From Eledone cirrhosa (taxonomy: Eukaryota): a stretch of 64,000 nt of DNA. The translations under genes and the position numbers were made by a program. The notes under the pieces are model-generated. The model was not told the origin of the DNA. It saw nothing but the letters and a program-made list of their open reading frames with translations, and did not search any database. The stretch is taken from positions 33,914,001 through 33,978,000 of the forward strand of contig OZ024750.1 in NCBI GenBank assembly GCA_964016885.1, in the 5' to 3' direction. How positions within the stretch are numbered: the stretch's first letter is position 1; each line of letters opens with the position of its first letter. Shown here piece by piece: positions 27,300 through 39,556 of the stretch.

Positions 27300-30002
27300 T
27301 GGTGTACCAAGGATATAGTACAGGTGCCACAATAATATAGAGTAGAGAGGATATTATTGCTGTACCAAGGACATGACAACCTTTCTAGTACAGGTACCAC
27401 AATAATATAGAGTAGAGAGGATATTATTGGTGTACCAAGGACATAACAACCTTTCTAGTACAGGTACCACAATAATATAGAGTAGAGAGGATATTATTGC
27501 TGTACCAAGGACATGACAACCTTCCTAGTACAGGTGCCACAATAATATAGAGTAGAGAGGATATTATTGCTGTACCAAGTACATGACAACTTTTCTAGTA
27601 CAGGTACCACAATAATATAGAGTAGAGAGGATATTATTGCTGTACCAAGGACATGACAACCTTCCTAGTACAGGTGCCACAATAATATAGAGTAGAGAGG
27701 ATATTATTGCTGTATCAAGAACATGACAACCTTTCTAGTACAGGTACCACAATAATATAGAGTAGAGAGGACATTATTGCTGTACCAAGGACATGACAAC
27801 CTTCCTAGTACAGGTGCCACAATAATATAGAGTAGAGAGGATATTATTGCTGTACCAAGGACATGACAACCTTTCTAGTACAGGTACCACAATAATATAG
27901 AGTAGAGAGGATATTATTGCTGTACCAAGTACATGACAACCTTTCTAGTACAGGTGCCACAATAATATAGAGTAGAGAGGATATTATTGCTGTACCAAGT
28001 ACATGACAACCTTCCTAGTACAGGTACCACAATAATATAAAGTAGAGAGGATATTATTGGTGTACCTAGTACATGACAACCTATCTAGTACAGGTGTCAC
28101 AATAATATAGAGTAGAGAGGATATTATTGCTGTACCAAGTACATGACAACCTTTCTAGTACAGGTGCCACAATAATATAGAGTAGAGAGGATATTATTGC
28201 TGTACCAAGTACATGACAACCTTTCTAGTACAGGTACCACAATAATATAGAGTAGAGAGGACATTATTGCTGTACCAAGGACATGACAACTTTTCTAGTA
28301 CAGGTACCACAATAATATAGAGTAGAGAGGACATTATTGCTGTACCAAGGACATGACAACCTTCCTAGTACAGGTGCCACAATAATATAGAGTAGAGAGG
28401 ATATTATTGCTGTACCAAGTACATGACAACTTTTCTAGTACAGGTACCACAATAATATAGAGTAGAGAGGATATTATTGCTGTACCAAGGACATGACAAC
28501 CTTCCTAGTACAGGTGCCACAATAATATAGAGTAGAGAGGATATTATTGCTGTATCAAGGACATGACAACCTTTCTAGTACAGGTACCACAATAATATAG
28601 AGTAGAGAGGACATTATTGCTGTACCAAGGACATGACAACCTTCCTAGTACAGGTGCCACAATAATATAGAGTAGAGAGGATATTATTGCTGTACCAAGG
28701 ACATGACAACCTTTCTAGTACAGGTACCACAATAATATAGAGTAGAGAGGACATTATTGCTGTACCAAGGACATGACAACCTTCCTAGTACAGGTGCCAC
28801 AATAATATAGAGTAGAGAGGATATTATTGCTGTACCAAGTACATGACAACTTTTCTAGTACAGGTACCACAATAATATAGAGTAGAGAGGATATTATTGC
28901 TGTACCAAGGACATGACAACCTTCCTAGTACAGGTGCCACAATAATATAGAGTAGAGAGGATATTATTGCTGTACCAAGGACATGACAACCTTTCTAGTA
29001 CAGGTACCACAATAATATAGAGTAGAGAGGACATTATTGCTGTACCAAGGACATGACAACCTTCCTAGTACAGGTGCCACAATAATATAGAGTAGAGAGG
29101 ATATTATTGCTGTACCAAGGACATGACAACCTTCCTAGTACAGGTACCACAATAATATAGAGTAGAGAGGATATTATTGCTGTACCAAGGACATGACAAC
29201 CTTCCTAGTACAGGTACCACAATAATATAGAGTAGAGAGGATATTATTGCTGTACCAAGGACATGACCAACCTTTCTAGTACAGGTACCACAATAATATA
29301 GAGTAGAGAGGATATTATTGCTGTACCAAGGACATGACAACTTTTCTAGTACAGGTACCACAATAATATAGAGTAGAGAGGATATTATTGCTGTACCAAG
29401 GACATGACAACCTTCCTAGTACAGGTACCACAATAATATAGAGTAGAGAGGATATTATTGCTGTACCAAGGACATGACAACTTTTCTAGTACAGGTACCA
29501 CAATAATATAGAGTAGAGAGGATATTATTGCTGTACCAAGGACATGACAACCTTCCTAGTACAGGTACCACAATAATATAGAGTAGAGAGGATATTATTG
29601 GTGTACCAAGGACATGACAACCTTCCTAGTACAGGTACCACAATAATATAGAGTAGAGAGGATATTATTGCTGTACCAAGGACATGACAACCTTTCTAGT
29701 ACAGGTACCACAATAATATAGAGTAGAGAGGATATTATTGCTGTACCAAGTACATGACAACCTTCCTAGTACAGGTACCACAATAATATAGAGTAGAGAG
29801 GATATTATTGCTGTACCAAGGACATGACAACCTTCCTAGTACAGGTGCCACAATAATATAGAGTAGAGAGGATATTATTGCTGTACCAAGTACATGACAA
29901 CCTTCCTAGTACAGGTACCACAATAATATAGAGTAGAGAGGATATTATTGCTGTACCAAGGACATGACCAACCTTTCTAGTACAGGTACCACAATAATAT
30001 AC
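27300..30002. repeat. 70-bp satellite, about 38 units, each with an internal hairpin
   Basis: Unit tgtaccaaggacatgacaacctt(t/c)ctagtacaggt(a/g)ccacaataatatagagtagagaggatattattgc. Confidence 0.97.
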
Positions 30003-30005
30003 TGT

Positions 30006-30455
30006 ATCATCATCATCATCACCGTTTTACGTCCGTTTTTCCACGCTAGCATGGGTTAGACGGGTTGTCCTGTTGTGGGCAGTGTCCGGTTGGATGACCT
30101 TGTCTTGCTCATATGGGAACTGATTCTGGCTTGATTTCTACAGCTGGATGCCCTTCCTAAAACCAACCTCATTTACATGAGTACTGGGTGCTTTTTTTTC
30201 CGTGGCACCTACACGTCCACTTTACAGTGTGGGCTGGGTGCTTTTTTGCCGTGGCACCTCCACAACCACTTTTGCAGTGGAATGATAGGGACCCCACCAG
30301 TCCTATCATCTCATTTCTACAGCTGAGTAAACTGGAGCAATGTGGAATAAAGTGTCTTGCTCAAGGAAACAACACATCACCCGGTCCGAGAATTGAACTC
30401 ACAATCTTTCGATTGCAAGCCCTATGCTCAAACCACTAAGCCATGCGCCTTCACA
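30006..30455 (-). mobile_element. CORE-SINE with RTE-B-derived 3' tail
   Basis: tRNA head at right, CORE-like domain, tail matching the 3'UTR of 43740-44000. Confidence 0.85.
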
Positions 30456-30747
30456 AATATAAGTTGAGGAATATATGACCCCAAAAAAATCAATGGTAAA
30501 ATGGGGGTGGGGTATATTTTCCATCTAAACATAATATGTTGATTAGCTACCTCGACTTAAGAATGGGGTTTGGATATCTGCCCATTTCTCAGATCTAAAA
30601 TACTAGGGTCAGCTTATATTAGAGTATATATGGTTTACTTTGTAGAGTTGGAGATTAGTGGCTCCAATTAAGTGTTGACCTGATCAGCTGATGACCTGAC
30701 CAACTCAGGCCAGTAGAGAAAGTAGATATTAAGTGATTATTATTATT

Positions 30748-30928
30748 CAGTATCGGTAGAGAGTTGGACACCATGCTTGCAGCATAGAGTTACAGCCCTT
30801 TACGATTTGAGTTCTAATTCCGCCGAGGTTAAACTTTGCCTCTCATTTTTACGGGGTCAATAAAATAAAGTAACAGTAACGTACTGAGATAATTGCTGGC
30901 CTTGTGCCAAAGGTAGAAACAATTATTT
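30748..30928 (+). mobile_element. Meta SINE
   Basis: Family sequence. Confidence 0.8.
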
Positions 30929-30938
30929 AACAGGGTCG

Positions 30939-31166
30939 TTAACCCTTTAATGTTCAAACCAGCCAAAACCGGCCAGAATTCTCTACCTCTTTCTGTTGAA
31001 ACTGGCTGTAACTGGTTGCTCAAATTGATGTTAAGGTATTGTTCTCAAAATAAATACTTTCAAAATCTCATAGATTCGATATTATGTGAGATAATTTTGT
31101 GAGGTAAAGCTTTTACCATGAAAATATAATAGTATATATAGAGTAATGTGAATACTAAAGGGTTAA
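30939..31166. mobile_element. piggyBac MITE A, full copy (220 bp between TTAA sites)
   Basis: TTAA-CCCTTTAATGTTCA ... TGAATACTAAAGGG-TTAA. Confidence 0.9.
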
Positions 31167-31385
31167 AGAGTTGGACCAATACTTAACAGTATTTGTTCCA
31201 TCTCTCTACATTCTGAGTTCAAATCTCACTGACATTAGTTTTACCTTTCATCTTTACAAGGGCAATAAATTAAACTACCAGTAATGTACTGGGGTCAAAT
31301 TAATCGACTTTACCCACCCTAAAATTGCTAGCCTAGTACCAAAATCTGAAATTATTATTATTATTATTACTATTATTACTATTAA
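31167..31385 (+). mobile_element. old Meta SINE with (ATT)n tail
   Basis: ctgagttcaaatc...ccttttcatc...taccagtaatgtactgggg. Confidence 0.7.
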
Positions 31386-31584
31386 AAGTTTTGATCCAAA
31401 TAATAATTGTGTTCCATATATATATATAGTAGTTTGTTTACACTTGGTAGGTAAAATTGTACCTTTTTTGGGAGACAAATATATATATCTGTGTGTGTGT
31501 GTGTGTGTGTGTGTGTTTGTGTATGTACACACACACAACCCCCCTCCCCATCACTGATTATTTTCACTACATTTTCAAATTCAA

Positions 31585-31817
31585 CATGATGATTGATGAG
31601 TGAAGAAGTGCCAGGAAAACCCAGTGGAAGGAAGCCACAGATAAAGGTAGACCAAGAAAGACCTGGGCAGAGGTGGTGAGAGCTGACCTCAAATTGTTGA
31701 GACTCCTAGAGGAGATGACGAAGGAACACAACGAATGGAGAGATGATGTACTGAGAAGGACCCATCCAACCCATGCAAGCGTGGAAAGACGGACGTAAAA
31801 ACAATGATGATGATGAT
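31585..31817 (+). mobile_element. RTE subfamily C 3' fragment
   Basis: gtgaagaagtgccagg...agaccaagaaagacctggg...ggacgtaaaaacaatgatgatgat. Confidence 0.85.
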
Positions 31818-32399
31818 ATATATATATAATTAGACCTTAAAACCTAAGATAGCACATTACTTGTTCTGTGTATGAACATATATGAATAATATATAAACAA
31901 TATATATATATATATATAAAATATACATACACACACATGTATATATCTATCTATGTGTGTATGTATATTATATTATATATATATATATATATTATATGTA
32001 TGTAAAAGGTAAACAGAAATAACAACACAATCGGTACAGTATATGGAAGGTATATATTAGGTTAACGCTTGATATAGCAGGAAGAGGGTCTTAACGTTTC
32101 GGACGCTATTATTTCTCATTCTTTCAGAAGAAAGAATGAGAAATAAAATAGATTGAGGAGACAGGCGGGTTGGAATTATCTTTTCTACACAATCTTCGTT
32201 ATTTGCTATACTTATCGATAATTCATAATATATTTTATACATCAATTGTCCATTATTTGTTGCCTTTATAATTGATATATTCAACCTGGTGCATTCTTCT
32301 AAGCTACAATATTTGAGTCACTCTAATTGCAGGGGTTAGTGTGGGGAGGGGTGAGGCAGCAGTCAATCAAAAACTCATTGATCACGGTGCTGAACTGTT

Positions 32400-33435
32400 A
32401 TAGCTAAGACAACACTCTCAAACAACTCAGTCTGTGACCCTAACTAAGACAACTCTCTCAAACAACTCAGTCTGTGACCCCAGCTAAGACATTTAACTCT
32501 CTCAAACAACTTAGTCTGTGACCCTAGCTAAGACAACTCTCTCAAAAAACTCAGTCTGTGACCCTAGCTAAGACATTTAACTCTCTCAAACAACTCAGTC
32601 TGTGACCCTAGCTAAGACAACTCTCTCAAACAACTTAGTCTGTGACCCTAGCTAAGACATTTAACTATCTCAAACAACTTAGTCTGTGACCCTAGCTAAG
32701 ACATTTAACTCTCTCAAACAACTTAGTCTGTGACCCTAGCTAACACAACTCTCTCAAACAACTCAGTCTGTGACCCTAGCTAAGACAACTCTCTCAAACA
32801 ACTCAGTCTGTGACCCTAGCTAAGACAACTCTCTCAAACAACTTAGTCTGTGACCCTAGCTAAGACATTTAACTCTCTCAAACAACTTAGTCTGTGACCC
32901 TAGCTAAGACATTTAACTCTCTCAAACAACTTAGTCTGTGACCCTAGCTAAGACATTTAACTCTCTCAAACAACTTAGTCTGTGACCCTAGCTAAGACAA
33001 CTCTCTCAAACAACTTAGTCTGTGACCCTAGCTAAGACATTTAACTCTCTCAAAAAACTCAGTCTGTAACCCTAGCTAAGACAACTCTCTCAAACAACTT
33101 AGTCTGTGACCCTAGCTAAGACAACTCTCTCAAACAACTTAGTCTGTGACCCTAGCTAAGACATTTAACTCTCTCAAACAACTCAGTCTGTGACCCTAGC
33201 TAAGACAACTCTCTCAAACAACTTAGTCTGTAACCCTAGCTAAGACAACTCTCTCAAACAACTTAGTCTGTGACCCTAGCTAAGACAACTCTCTCAAACA
33301 ACTTAGTCTGTAACCCTAGCTAAGACAACTCTCTCAAACAACTTAGTCTGTAACCCTAGCTAAGACAACTCTCTCAAACAACTTAGTCTGTGACCCTAGC
33401 TAAGACAACTCTCTCAAACAACTCAGTCTGTGAAC
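32400..33435. repeat. 40/44-bp minisatellite, about 25 units
   Basis: tagctaagac(attt)aactctctcaaacaact(c/t)agtctgtgaccc. Confidence 0.97.
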
Positions 33436-33494
33436 CAACAAAATAGCCTAAAAATGGTCACATAGACAGCTGAAAGTGTGTATATATAATAAAT

Positions 33495-34300
33495 ATTTCT
33501 ACTTTTGGCACAAGGCCAGCAATTATCCCAGTGCATTACTGGTACTTTATTTTATCGACCCCCGTAAGGATGAAAGGCAAAGTTAACCCTGGCGGGATTT
33601 GAACTCAGACCATAAAGGGCCGTAACTCTTTGCTGCAAAGCATGGTGTCCGACCCTCTACCGATACTGCCAATCCACCGCCCTATATCATCATCATCCTC
33701 ATTTTACGTCCACTTTTCCCTGCTTGCAAGGGTTGTTTCTACTTTAGTCACAAGGCCAGCAATTCACCAGTGCATTACTGGTACTTAATTTTATCGACTC
33801 CTTAAGGATGAAAGGCAAAGTCAACCTCGGCGGGATTTGAATAAATGACTGATAGGTTTCAAAAATCTGGTACAATATGGTAGATAAATATAAAGAGCTA
33901 ATGATGACATATGAAACAGTTCAAACTTATTGGTCTTTAATTACATATCTCACAACAGTTCATATCAACTTTACTGTATGTATGAACCTGTAACACCCGA
34001 GGGAGTCGTAGGGATGCCATATTCACATATAGTGTTTCTGGGGCATTTTTAAAACCTGGTGGAGCCCATCCCTTCTCCAGGCCTGAATACAGCAGATTTC
34101 TCCCAGAGAAGGATTGAGAGAGTTAGAAAGAGATATAGAGGAAGAATTGACCCCGGTACTAGAATGGTACTTTTTATTTACCTGGAATGGATGAAAGGCA
34201 AAGTTGACCTTGGCAGGATTTGAACTCTGGGAGCAGAGAGCCAGAATGAATACTGTAAAACATTCTAGCTGACATTCTAATGACCCAATTTGCCACCTTA
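33495..34300 (-). mobile_element. cluster: Meta SINE (33495-33683), RTE-C tail, partial Meta SINE, long-tail Meta variant (33995-34300)
   Basis: Family sequences. Confidence 0.75.
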
Positions 34301-34334
34301 CATAGGAGAGTATATGATTGCCAAATTACTTTAT

Positions 34335-34668
34335 CATCATTTCATTTTACGTCCGCTTTTTCCCTGCTTGCAAGGGTGGGACAGGAACTGATTCTGGCTT
34401 GATTTCTACAGCTGGATGCCCTTCCTAACACCAACCTCATTTACAGTGAGTGCTGGGTGCTTTTTTGCCGTGGCACCTCCACGACCACTTTGCAGTGGAG
34501 TGATATGGCCCCCAGTCCCTATCATCTCATTGCTACAGCTGAGTAAACTGGAGCAATGTGAAATAAAGTGCCTCGCTCAAGGAAACAACACATCACCCGG
34601 TCTGAGAATTGAACTCACAACCTTTTGATTGCAAGGCCAATGCTCTAACCACTAAGCCATGTGCCTCC
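34335..34668 (-). mobile_element. CORE-SINE with chimeric RTE-B/RTE-C tail
   Basis: Reverse complement of 40420-40760. Confidence 0.85.
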
Positions 34669-34817
34669 ATACAAAACTCAATATCTTTATGTAGTTACAG
34701 GTGGAACATGTGAGAGATATTCTTAAGGTAAAAGACACAGAAAGATAAACGTAAAACACAGAACATATCCAACTATTGACTATACTACTAAATACATATA
34801 TTTTGTCTAGTAAAGGT

Positions 34818-35460
34818 AAATGGCTGAGTGGTTTGAGAATTGGATTCGCAATCATGAAGTTGTGGGTTCGATTCCCAGACTGGGCGATGTGTTATGTCCT
34901 TGAGCCAAACACTTTATTCCATGTGACTCCTTCTGTCTGGATTTATGACCGACAGATGGTATTAGCAATTCAAGACAATGTCACTGTCCGAGATCTTTGG
35001 CGGTACTCAGTAATAGAGAAGACTTGCCTTACCTAAATACAAAGTAAAACCTACTACAGTCAGTAAGCACCTCTAACAAAATACACCCCCGTCCCACTAC
35101 CCCCACCCCATCCACACCGCCCCTTTCAATGTAAAGTTATGTTGGTACCACACCATCCAGGCCGAAACAAATGAGGTCGTGTAGGTGTCACGACAAAAAA
35201 ACACACAGTCCATGCTGTAATGTGGCCGTGTAGGTAACACGGTAAAAACCTCCCAGTTCCACACTGTAAATGTGGTTGGTGTTGGGAAGGGCATCCAGCC
35301 ATAGAAAACCCGCCAGACAGTCCTATGCGAGCAAGACAACCACTCTTGCCTCAAGTGGGAAAACTCCCGTCCAAACCCATGCAAGCATGGAATATGGACG
35401 TTAAATGATGATGATGAAAGACCAATGAAAACATTGCTGCCTCAGTACAATTTGACGAGG
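34818..35460 (+). mobile_element. CORE-SINE interrupted by an RTE-A 3' fragment (34971-35416)
   Basis: The copy at 11681 reads ttagcaattggaaagacc; here it is split as ttagcaatt|RTE|gaaagacc. Confidence 0.85.
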
Positions 35461-35639
35461 TCTGGGATTTTGTCAATCGACTGTCGAATCTTGGTTATTT
35501 GCTATAATTATCTCAGATATATATCTTGGTAATAAAATAAATATATCTTAAACATCGAATGCTCTAGTTTCTACATGATTAATTAACAATAACACATCAA
35601 AACTGGAATGTGTCTAGGTTTTGATGATGAACGAGTGTT

Positions 35640-36097
35640 CCACTTGTTTAGTCAATGGAACAGTCTGCTCATAAAATTAATATGTAAGTGGCTGAGCATT
35701 CCACAAACATGTGTAACTCTTGACATAATTCTCAGGGAGATTCAGCATAACACAGTGTGTGACAAGACTGACCTTTTGAATTACAGATACAGTAGTCCAT
35801 CTTGTATTAATATGTAAGTGGCTGAGTATTCCACAGACACATGTACCTTTGATGTAATTCTCAATTCTCAGGGAGATTCAGCTGACACAGTGTGTGACAA
35901 GACTGGCCTCTTTGAATTACAGGTACAGTAGTCCATCCAACAGTCTTCCAAACAATCTGTCAGCCCAGTTTCAGTCACAAGGCATGAGTCAACCCAAGGT
36001 TATGGTAAATGGTATTTACCCAAGCTACCACACAGTGGGATTGAACCTGGGACTTAATGATTGTGAAGTGGACCTCTTAACCATTCAGCCATGCTTC
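35640..36097 (-). mobile_element. old tRNA-SINE with internally duplicated tail (about 135 bp x2)
   Basis: attaatatgtaagtggctgag...gaattacag.tacagtagtccatc occurs twice; head gattgaacctggg..cttaaccattcagccatgc. Confidence 0.65.
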
Positions 36098-36289
36098 ATC
36101 TCCAGATCAAATATCAGAGATAAGTCGCACTAAGTGACCCTCGTTAACTCATCTCTTGTTACTATTAGTATATTGTACACCACACCATTCGCAAAAATAA
36201 TTAAAATGGTGTCAACATTTAACTAATTAGTTACAAGTTAATATAAACATTTTTCCTTCTTTTTAATTAATAACAATATTTATTATATT

Positions 36290-36461
36290 TTAACTCTTTA
36301 GCATTTAAACCAGCCATATCCAACCACAATTCTCTCACCTCTTTCTGTTCAAACTGGCTGCAACTGGCCACTCATACTGATATTAAGGTATTGTCCTCAT
36401 AGATTCAATATTATGAAAATATAATAGTATATATAGAGTAATGTAAATGCTAAAGGGTTAA
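36290..36461. mobile_element. MITE A, internally deleted, sharing its right TTAA with MITE B
   Basis: TTAA-CTCTTTAGCATT ... AATGCTAAAGGG-TTAA-CCCTTTC. Confidence 0.8.
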
Positions 36462-36609
36462 CCCTTTCGTGACAGTATTTCTAACGAAATACACATTATC
36501 TCAATTAATTAATGAAGAATTTTGAGAGATTTACTAAATTTTCCCAAAACAATTCCAAAATCTACTGTCTAGCATTGTTGAGCCTCCAAATAATATACTG
36601 CTGTATATA

Positions 36610-37000
36610 TGAGGGCAATCCCAAAAGTAAGGTCTCCTTCCGATATTGCAACTTCTGATATTGCAACTTTTCCGTTAAAATCCTGTGGATGGTGCTTCGG
36701 GAAACCTCAGGAACCAAAATGCAGAGAGCATCCAGAGTGATCCGACGATCTTTACGCATGTTTTCCTCGGAAGGAGACCTTACTTTTGGGATTGCCCTCG
36801 TATATAATAACTGCGCGAAATTCGCACTTGGCGGTAACGTTCAACGGCTGCCTAGCCAAGATTGAGCATCCCAGCGAAGCGCGCACATGCATGTTTGGGA
36901 GTGAAGGAAGTACCAATCACAACAGAGTTGCCAACAGCCGTACGAACAGTTTCACTACATCCCCATCGCTTTGGAGACCTTACTTTTGGGATTACCCTCG
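36610..37000 (-). mobile_element. rearranged mariner derivative with three 28-bp TIRs and a transposase HTH fragment
   Basis: TIR (c)gagggcaatcccaaaagtaaggtctcc at 36610-36637, inverted at 36773-36800 and 36973-37000, each flanked by TA; peptide DRRITLDALCILVPEVSRSTIHRILTEKL. Confidence 0.85.
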
Positions 37001-37059
37001 TACTAACATAATCCTCCAAGCAAACTACAGCATCCTACTAAAATTAATTATTTCACCAA

Positions 37060-37308
37060 AGGCATGTGGTTAGAATGTCTCAGGAAATAAGCACTAGATA
37101 GATTTTACAGGCAAAAACCAACTGGCAGGAGACCCAGGGGTAGAACCCGAGAAAAATGATTGGATAACATCCATGAGCTTGGCTGGTCTCACTTGGGGAT
37201 CCAGTCGGATCAATTGGAGATGGTTGCTTCTGACAGGACCTGCTGGATGGAGTGTTTGAGGACTCTGCCTCTATGACCTCCTCAGGAATAAGTGGGCGAA
37301 GAAGAAGA
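37060..37308 (+). mobile_element. Rex3/Expander-like RTE 3' end with (GAA)n tail
   Basis: Conceptual translation PTGRRPRGRTREK*LDNIHELGWSHLGIQSDQLEMVASDRTCWMECLRTLP. Confidence 0.65.
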
Positions 37309-37632
37309 CTAAAATAGTAACTTTACATCTAGTTCTCATACAAAATTTATGTTGGAAGATTTTAACTTAAATAGGAACCCTTTAGAACTGGGGGTTTTGT
37401 TTCATAGATCCAGAAGCTGTTTGGGGGCCGGCTTTCTATCTAAAAGGTTAAATAGGAACCCTTTAAAATTGGTAGTATCGTTTCATAGAACCACATCTGG
37501 TTTGGGCCAGATTGATATCAAAAGGGTTAAAAATATATTGCTAAAGAGTCTCGAAACAATTCCAATTTCCAACCAAATATTGAAATAATCAACATTTCAA
37601 ATGTTTTTAGTAAAATGACTTTATTATTAAAC

Positions 37633-37820
37633 AGGTGGATTGGCAGTATCGGTAGAAGGTTTGACGCCATGCTTTCTAGCATAGTTACGTCCCTTTACGG
37701 TCTGAGTTCAAATCCCGTCGAGGTTAACTTTGCCTTACATCCTTACGGGGTCGATAAAATAAAGTACCAGTAATGAACTGAATAATTACTGGCCTTGTGC
37801 CAAAAGTAGAAATAATTATT
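37633..37820 (+). mobile_element. Meta SINE
   Basis: Family sequence; attattaaacaggtg repeated on both flanks (TSD-like). Confidence 0.85.
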
Positions 37821-37894
37821 AAACAGGTGTTTGCAATATACCTTAAAAAGATTTTTACACAAAAATTGTGAGAGAATATTCAAAAATAGAATTG

Positions 37895-38373
37895 GTATGG
37901 TGGAACCAGGGGTGGTGTCTAGCAGACTGGTGATAACATAGTTAATAACAGTTACACTGGTTCTCAGATAGGTAGAGGAATGAGGCAAAGAGAGGGGGGT
38001 AGAGGAGTGAGGCAAAGAAAGAAGGGGAAAGAGGGGGATGGGTAGAAGCAAGAAAGGGGTAGGGGAAGGTGCCGGGTAGAGTGGTAGGGCAAAGAGAAAG
38101 AGAGGGATACAAAGAGGAATACAGAGAGAGAGAAATGGGTAGCAGAGTGAGCAGAGAGCCGGAGAAGAGGGAAGGAGACAGATTCCATCTTTCTAATGTA
38201 CTTTGTCATCTCATCCTCCTTTATTTCTTTTCTTTTTATTTCATTTATTTATTTATCTTATGTGTGTTTTATTGGTGTAAGGTGGAAAGGTTAGTTGAGG
38301 TCCAGTTCATCTTCAGTTGACTTTTGAACAGCCTTAACTGGAATGTACCAAAGTCTCAAGACTTTGATAAATT
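37895..38373 (+). repeat. left arm of long-range inverted repeat (partner 48416-49263)
   Basis: 38181-38373 is a near-perfect reverse complement of 48416-48455 joined to 48861-49013; the outer part is more diverged. Confidence 0.9.
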
Positions 38374-38869
38374 TGTGAACAAAACAACAGCCCTAATTTC
38401 TTTAACCCTTTTGTGGGTACCAACCACTTAAAACCCTCCTCCTTGGTTCCCCTACTTTGATCAAATTGTTTTTCAAGAACAAAATAGAACTTTTAGTTAC
38501 AATTGTATAAATTTACAGTAGAATAACATTGCAAATATGTTTTAAATATATACATAAATAACATTACAAATGCGTAAACATTATAAATTGCTCACAATTC
38601 ATTCAGAAGGACATTACAAATATAATGTCTAAACTGTGTATAAAAATATAAAAATATAATTCATTGAATAATAATGATAAAGGAAAGAAAAAAGAAAATA
38701 AAGACGGCGTGGGTGGAGGAAATTCACAATCGAGTGTGATATCTGCCGCACCTCACATCTTAGGTGTTAACTACATACTTGAGGTGAAAGAAAACCAACC
38801 ATTTTAAAGGATTTATATTTTAGTTATGAGTTTTTTGTTTGTTTTTTTTATTACTTGTCTCACTAACTC

Positions 38870-38936
38870 TTTTTGATTGCCAACTCAATACTTTTTGATT
38901 GCCAACTCAATACTTTTTGATTGCCAACTCAATACT
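38870..38936. repeat. 22-bp tandem repeat x3
   Basis: ctttttgattgccaactcaata. Confidence 0.9.
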
Positions 38937-39116
38937 TCCCCTAGTCTCCCGTGGCTTACTAGCTCTATACAAACATTTAAATTGAATAAATAAATAAATA
39001 AATAAATATGAATTATAAACAATTTGTAATGTCATTTATACAACTGTGAATAAAACATTCAATTTTTGAAAACTTATGGAACACTTTATGATATGTATTG
39101 TACATATAGAAACTTA

Positions 39117-39556
39117 TTAACCCTTTAATGTTCAAACTGGCCAAAACTGGCCAGAATTCTCTACTTCTTTCTGTTGAAACTGGCTGTAACTGGTCACTCA
39201 AACTGATGTTAAGGTATTGTTCTCAAAATAAATACTTTCAAAATCTCATAGATTCGATATTATGTGAGATATTATGTGAGGTAAAGCCTTTACCATGAAA
39301 ATATAATTGTTTCTACGTTTGGCACAAGGCCAGCAATTACCCAGTGCATTACTGGTACTTTATTTTATTGACCCCGTAAGGATGAAAGGTAAAGTTAACC
39401 TCGGGAAGATTTGAACTCAGAATGGCAAGGGCCGTAACTCTATGCGTCAAAGCATGTCGTCCAACCCTCTACCGATACTGCCAATCCACCGCCCTTTTCA
39501 ATACCATGAAAATATAATAGTATATATATAGAGTAATGTGAATACTAAAGGGTTAA
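39117..39556. mobile_element. MITE A with nested Meta SINE (-) flanked by a 17-bp TSD
   Basis: taccatgaaaatataat at 39291-39307 and 39502-39518. Confidence 0.9.

Larger units (their letters stand above)
36458..37529. mobile_element. MITE B split by nested insertions; right end duplicated
   Basis: Left end 36458-36560 and right ends 37309-37451/37448-37529 match 61104-61340. Confidence 0.7.
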
